Sequence record: SRR20825010_854
Length of the DNA stretch: 39,476 nt
Strand: one strand, 5' to 3'
Positions 37,011 through 39,476 of the stretch are shown piece after piece; within the stretch, counting starts at the first letter, position 1, and the number at the start of each line of letters is the position of its first letter. The position numbers and the translations under genes are program-made. The notes under the pieces are model-generated. The model saw nothing but the letters and a program-made list of their open reading frames with translations. It did not search any database and was not told the DNA's origin.

Positions 37011-38369
37011 TTACCCTTTCTTCGGGCGCTGCCAGTTGGCCACATTGCGTTGCTGGCCACGGGCAACCGCCAGGCCATTGTCATCCACATCCTTGGTGAT
37101 GGTGCTACCTGCACCAACGGTGGCGTTTTCGCCAATCGTTACAGGAGCAACCAGCGACGAGTTGGAGCCAATAAAAGCGCCGTCTTTCATCACTGTCTGG
37201 AATTTGTTGGCGCCATCGTAGTTGCAGGTAATCGTCCCTGCGCCCACGTTTACTCCTTTACCAATCTGGCTGTCACCGATGTAGGTCAGGTGATTCACCT
37301 TTGAGCCTTCGCCGATATAGGACTTTTTGGTTTCGACAAAGTTGCCAACCTTGGCGTTATCGGCCAGCTCGGTGCCCGGCCGCAAGCGAGCATAAGGACC
37401 TAGCTGGCAGTTTTCCCCAACGATTGCGCCATCTATCAGGGTATTGGCTTCGATCACCGTGCCGGCGCCAATATTGGCGTCGCGTAAAACACAGTTGGGA
37501 CCGATGATCACGCCTTCTTCGATGGTCACGTCGCCATCGAGGATGACGTTGACGTCAATAATCACGTCGCTGGCAATTTGCACGCTGCCGCGAATATCCA
37601 GGCGGGCCGGATCGCGCAGGGTGACGCCATCACGCATCAGGGTTTCCGCCTGGGCCTGCTGGAAAATACGCTCCAGTCTTGCCAACTGAACACGGTCATT
37701 TACCCCATCCACTTCCCAACCTTCATTGGGCTGCAGGGTTTCCACGTTCAGACCGGACTGTGAGGCCATAGCAATCAGATCAGTGAGATAATATTCGCCC
37801 TGAGCATTGTTGCTGGACAGTTTGGGCAGGCTTTCTTCCAGAAAACGGCGAGAGCACGCCAGTATGCCGGTATTGATTTCCTGAATGCCCAACTCGGCTT
37901 CGCTGGCATCTTTCTGTTCGACGATGCGCTGCACGTTGTTCTGTCCATCACGGACGATGCGGCCGTAGCCATTGGGGTTGTTCAGGGTCAGCGTCATTAG
38001 CGCCAGGGTGTTGTCGTCCACTGAGGCAACAAACTCTTTCAGGGTGTCTGGTCGAATCAGCGGCACATCACCGTATAGCACCAGCACCATGTCTTCTTTC
38101 ACATGGGGCATGGCCTGCGCAACCGCATGACCGGTACCGAGCTGTTCGGCCTGCTCTGCCCAGGCCAGCTGCTCACCGGTGACGGTGGCTTTTACCTGCT
38201 CACCACCGTGACCATATACAATGATGATGTTGGCCGGATCCAGCGACGCCGCTGCATCGACCACGTGCTGCACCATGGGCTTCCCTGCCACTGCGTGGAG
38301 CACCTTGGGCAGGGCGCTTTTCATTCGCGTTCCCTTGCCCGCCGCCAGAATCACTACTGCTAGACTCAT
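37011..38369 (-). CDS. glmU: Bifunctional UDP-GlcNAc pyrophosphorylase / GlcN-1-P acetyltransferase
   Basis: [30 protein letters not shown], hexapeptide repeats, GNFVETK, CNYDG; start set at ATG 38369 (AAGGA upstream). Confidence 0.98.
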   Translation of the reverse strand: MSLAVVILAAGKGTRMKSALPKVLHAVAGKPMVQHVVDAAASLDPANIIIVYGHGGEQVKATVTGEQLAWAEQAEQLGTGHAVAQAMPHVKEDMVLVLYGDVPLIRPDTLKEFVASVDDNTLALMTLTLNNPNGYGRIVRDGQNNVQRIVEQKDASEAELGIQEINTGILACSRRFLEESLPKLSSNNAQGEYYLTDLIAMASQSGLNVETLQPNEGWEVDGVNDRVQLARLERIFQQAQAETLMRDGVTLRDPARLDIRGSVQIASDVIIDVNVILDGDVTIEEGVIIGPNCVLRDANIGAGTVIEANTLIDGAIVGENCQLGPYARLRPGTELADNAKVGNFVETKKSYIGEGSKVNHLTYIGDSQIGKGVNVGAGTITCNYDGANKFQTVMKDGAFIGSNSSLVAPVTIGENATVGAGSTITKDVDDNGLAVARGQQRNVANWQRPKKG

Positions 38370-38478
38370 ACCCTGTCCTTGTCTTTTTGCTTGCGCCAGT
38401 GCCTTGTTATACCACCGCGTCACTTCAGTTTCTGTACTTGTACCCTGTTTATCCAGGCCATCTCACAATGACAGAAAC

Positions 38479-38503
38479 AAAAAAGGGTAGCACTTGGCTA
38501 CCC
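38479..38503 (-). terminator. Terminator after the atp operon
   Basis: gggtagc-N5-gctaccc with A6 on + (U6 on -). Confidence 0.8.
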
Positions 38504-38533
38504 CCTTCTGTGTTGAAGAATTGCAAAAGATGC

Positions 38534-38956
38534 TTACCGCGTCTTTTTCTTCAACTGTTCGATGGCACGCAGCTGTGCAACGGCTTCTGCCAGAGTGGCG
38601 GCGGCACGGGAGTAATCCATTTCGGAACTCTTGCCTTCCAGCGCTTCTTTGGCACGGGCCTTGGCACGCTCGGCTTCTGCAGCGTCCATGTTTTCAGCGC
38701 GTTCTGCGGTATCAGCCAGTACGGTCACCAGCTTGGGCTGCACTTCCAGGAAGCCGCCGGATACGTAGAACACTTCTTCTTCACCATTCTGCTTCTTCAC
38801 CCGTACCGGGCCCGGCTTGAGCCGGGTCAGCAGCGGGGCGTGGCCAGGCATGATACCGAGGTCACCTTCCACACCGGAAGCTACCACGATTTCAACCAGG
38901 CCGGAGAACAGCTGGCGTTCTGCACTTACAATGTCGCAATGCACGGTCATCGCCAT
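38534..38956 (-). CDS. atpC: F1F0 ATP synthase epsilon subunit
   Basis: [39 protein letters not shown]. Confidence 0.98.
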   Translation of the reverse strand: MAMTVHCDIVSAERQLFSGLVEIVVASGVEGDLGIMPGHAPLLTRLKPGPVRVKKQNGEEEVFYVSGGFLEVQPKLVTVLADTAERAENMDAAEAERAKARAKEALEGKSSEMDYSRAAATLAEAVAQLRAIEQLKKKTR

Positions 38957-38978
38957 TTGCTTGTCTCCCGGGTGCAGG

Positions 38979-39476
<498 letters not shown>

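Overview
GC-rich gammaproteobacterial chromosome segment; Alcanivorax-like is my inference from gene content and protein style. It runs from the 5' end of uvrD (left edge, missing from the ORF track) to atpD-atpC-glmU-glmS (right edge). Between these lie mostly lipid-handling and housekeeping genes: PAS-GGDEF-EAL protein, metal-dependent hydrolase, MscS channel, degenerate M24-like ORF + hydrolase-SDR fusion + MerR regulator, lipoprotein penicillin-acylase-family enzyme, quinone oxidoreductase, thioesterase/acyl-CoA ligase, phospholipase D, signal-peptide ATP-dependent DNA ligase, exported MsrAB, DUF808, NhaC-family transporter and a single-chain biotin carboxylase. A patchwork accessory region downstream of glmS (~29.6-35.1 kb) holds a frameshifted membrane gene, an IS110 remnant, a TetR/MBL/SDR module and a near-exact copy of the glmS terminator. 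The most striking unexplained structure is a family of eight intergenic loci built from 7-bp-period tandem arms (six inverted pairs, two solo arms). They use five different heptamer sequences but share the same architecture and, in part, the same internal motifs. Other leads: a shared 16-bp promoter motif linking two separated halves of a putative MerR regulon, and a structured leader upstream of the NhaC transporter that loosely resembles SAM-clan riboswitches. No rRNA, tRNA or CRISPR array was seen. All family assignments come from recognising motifs by eye; no searches were run.
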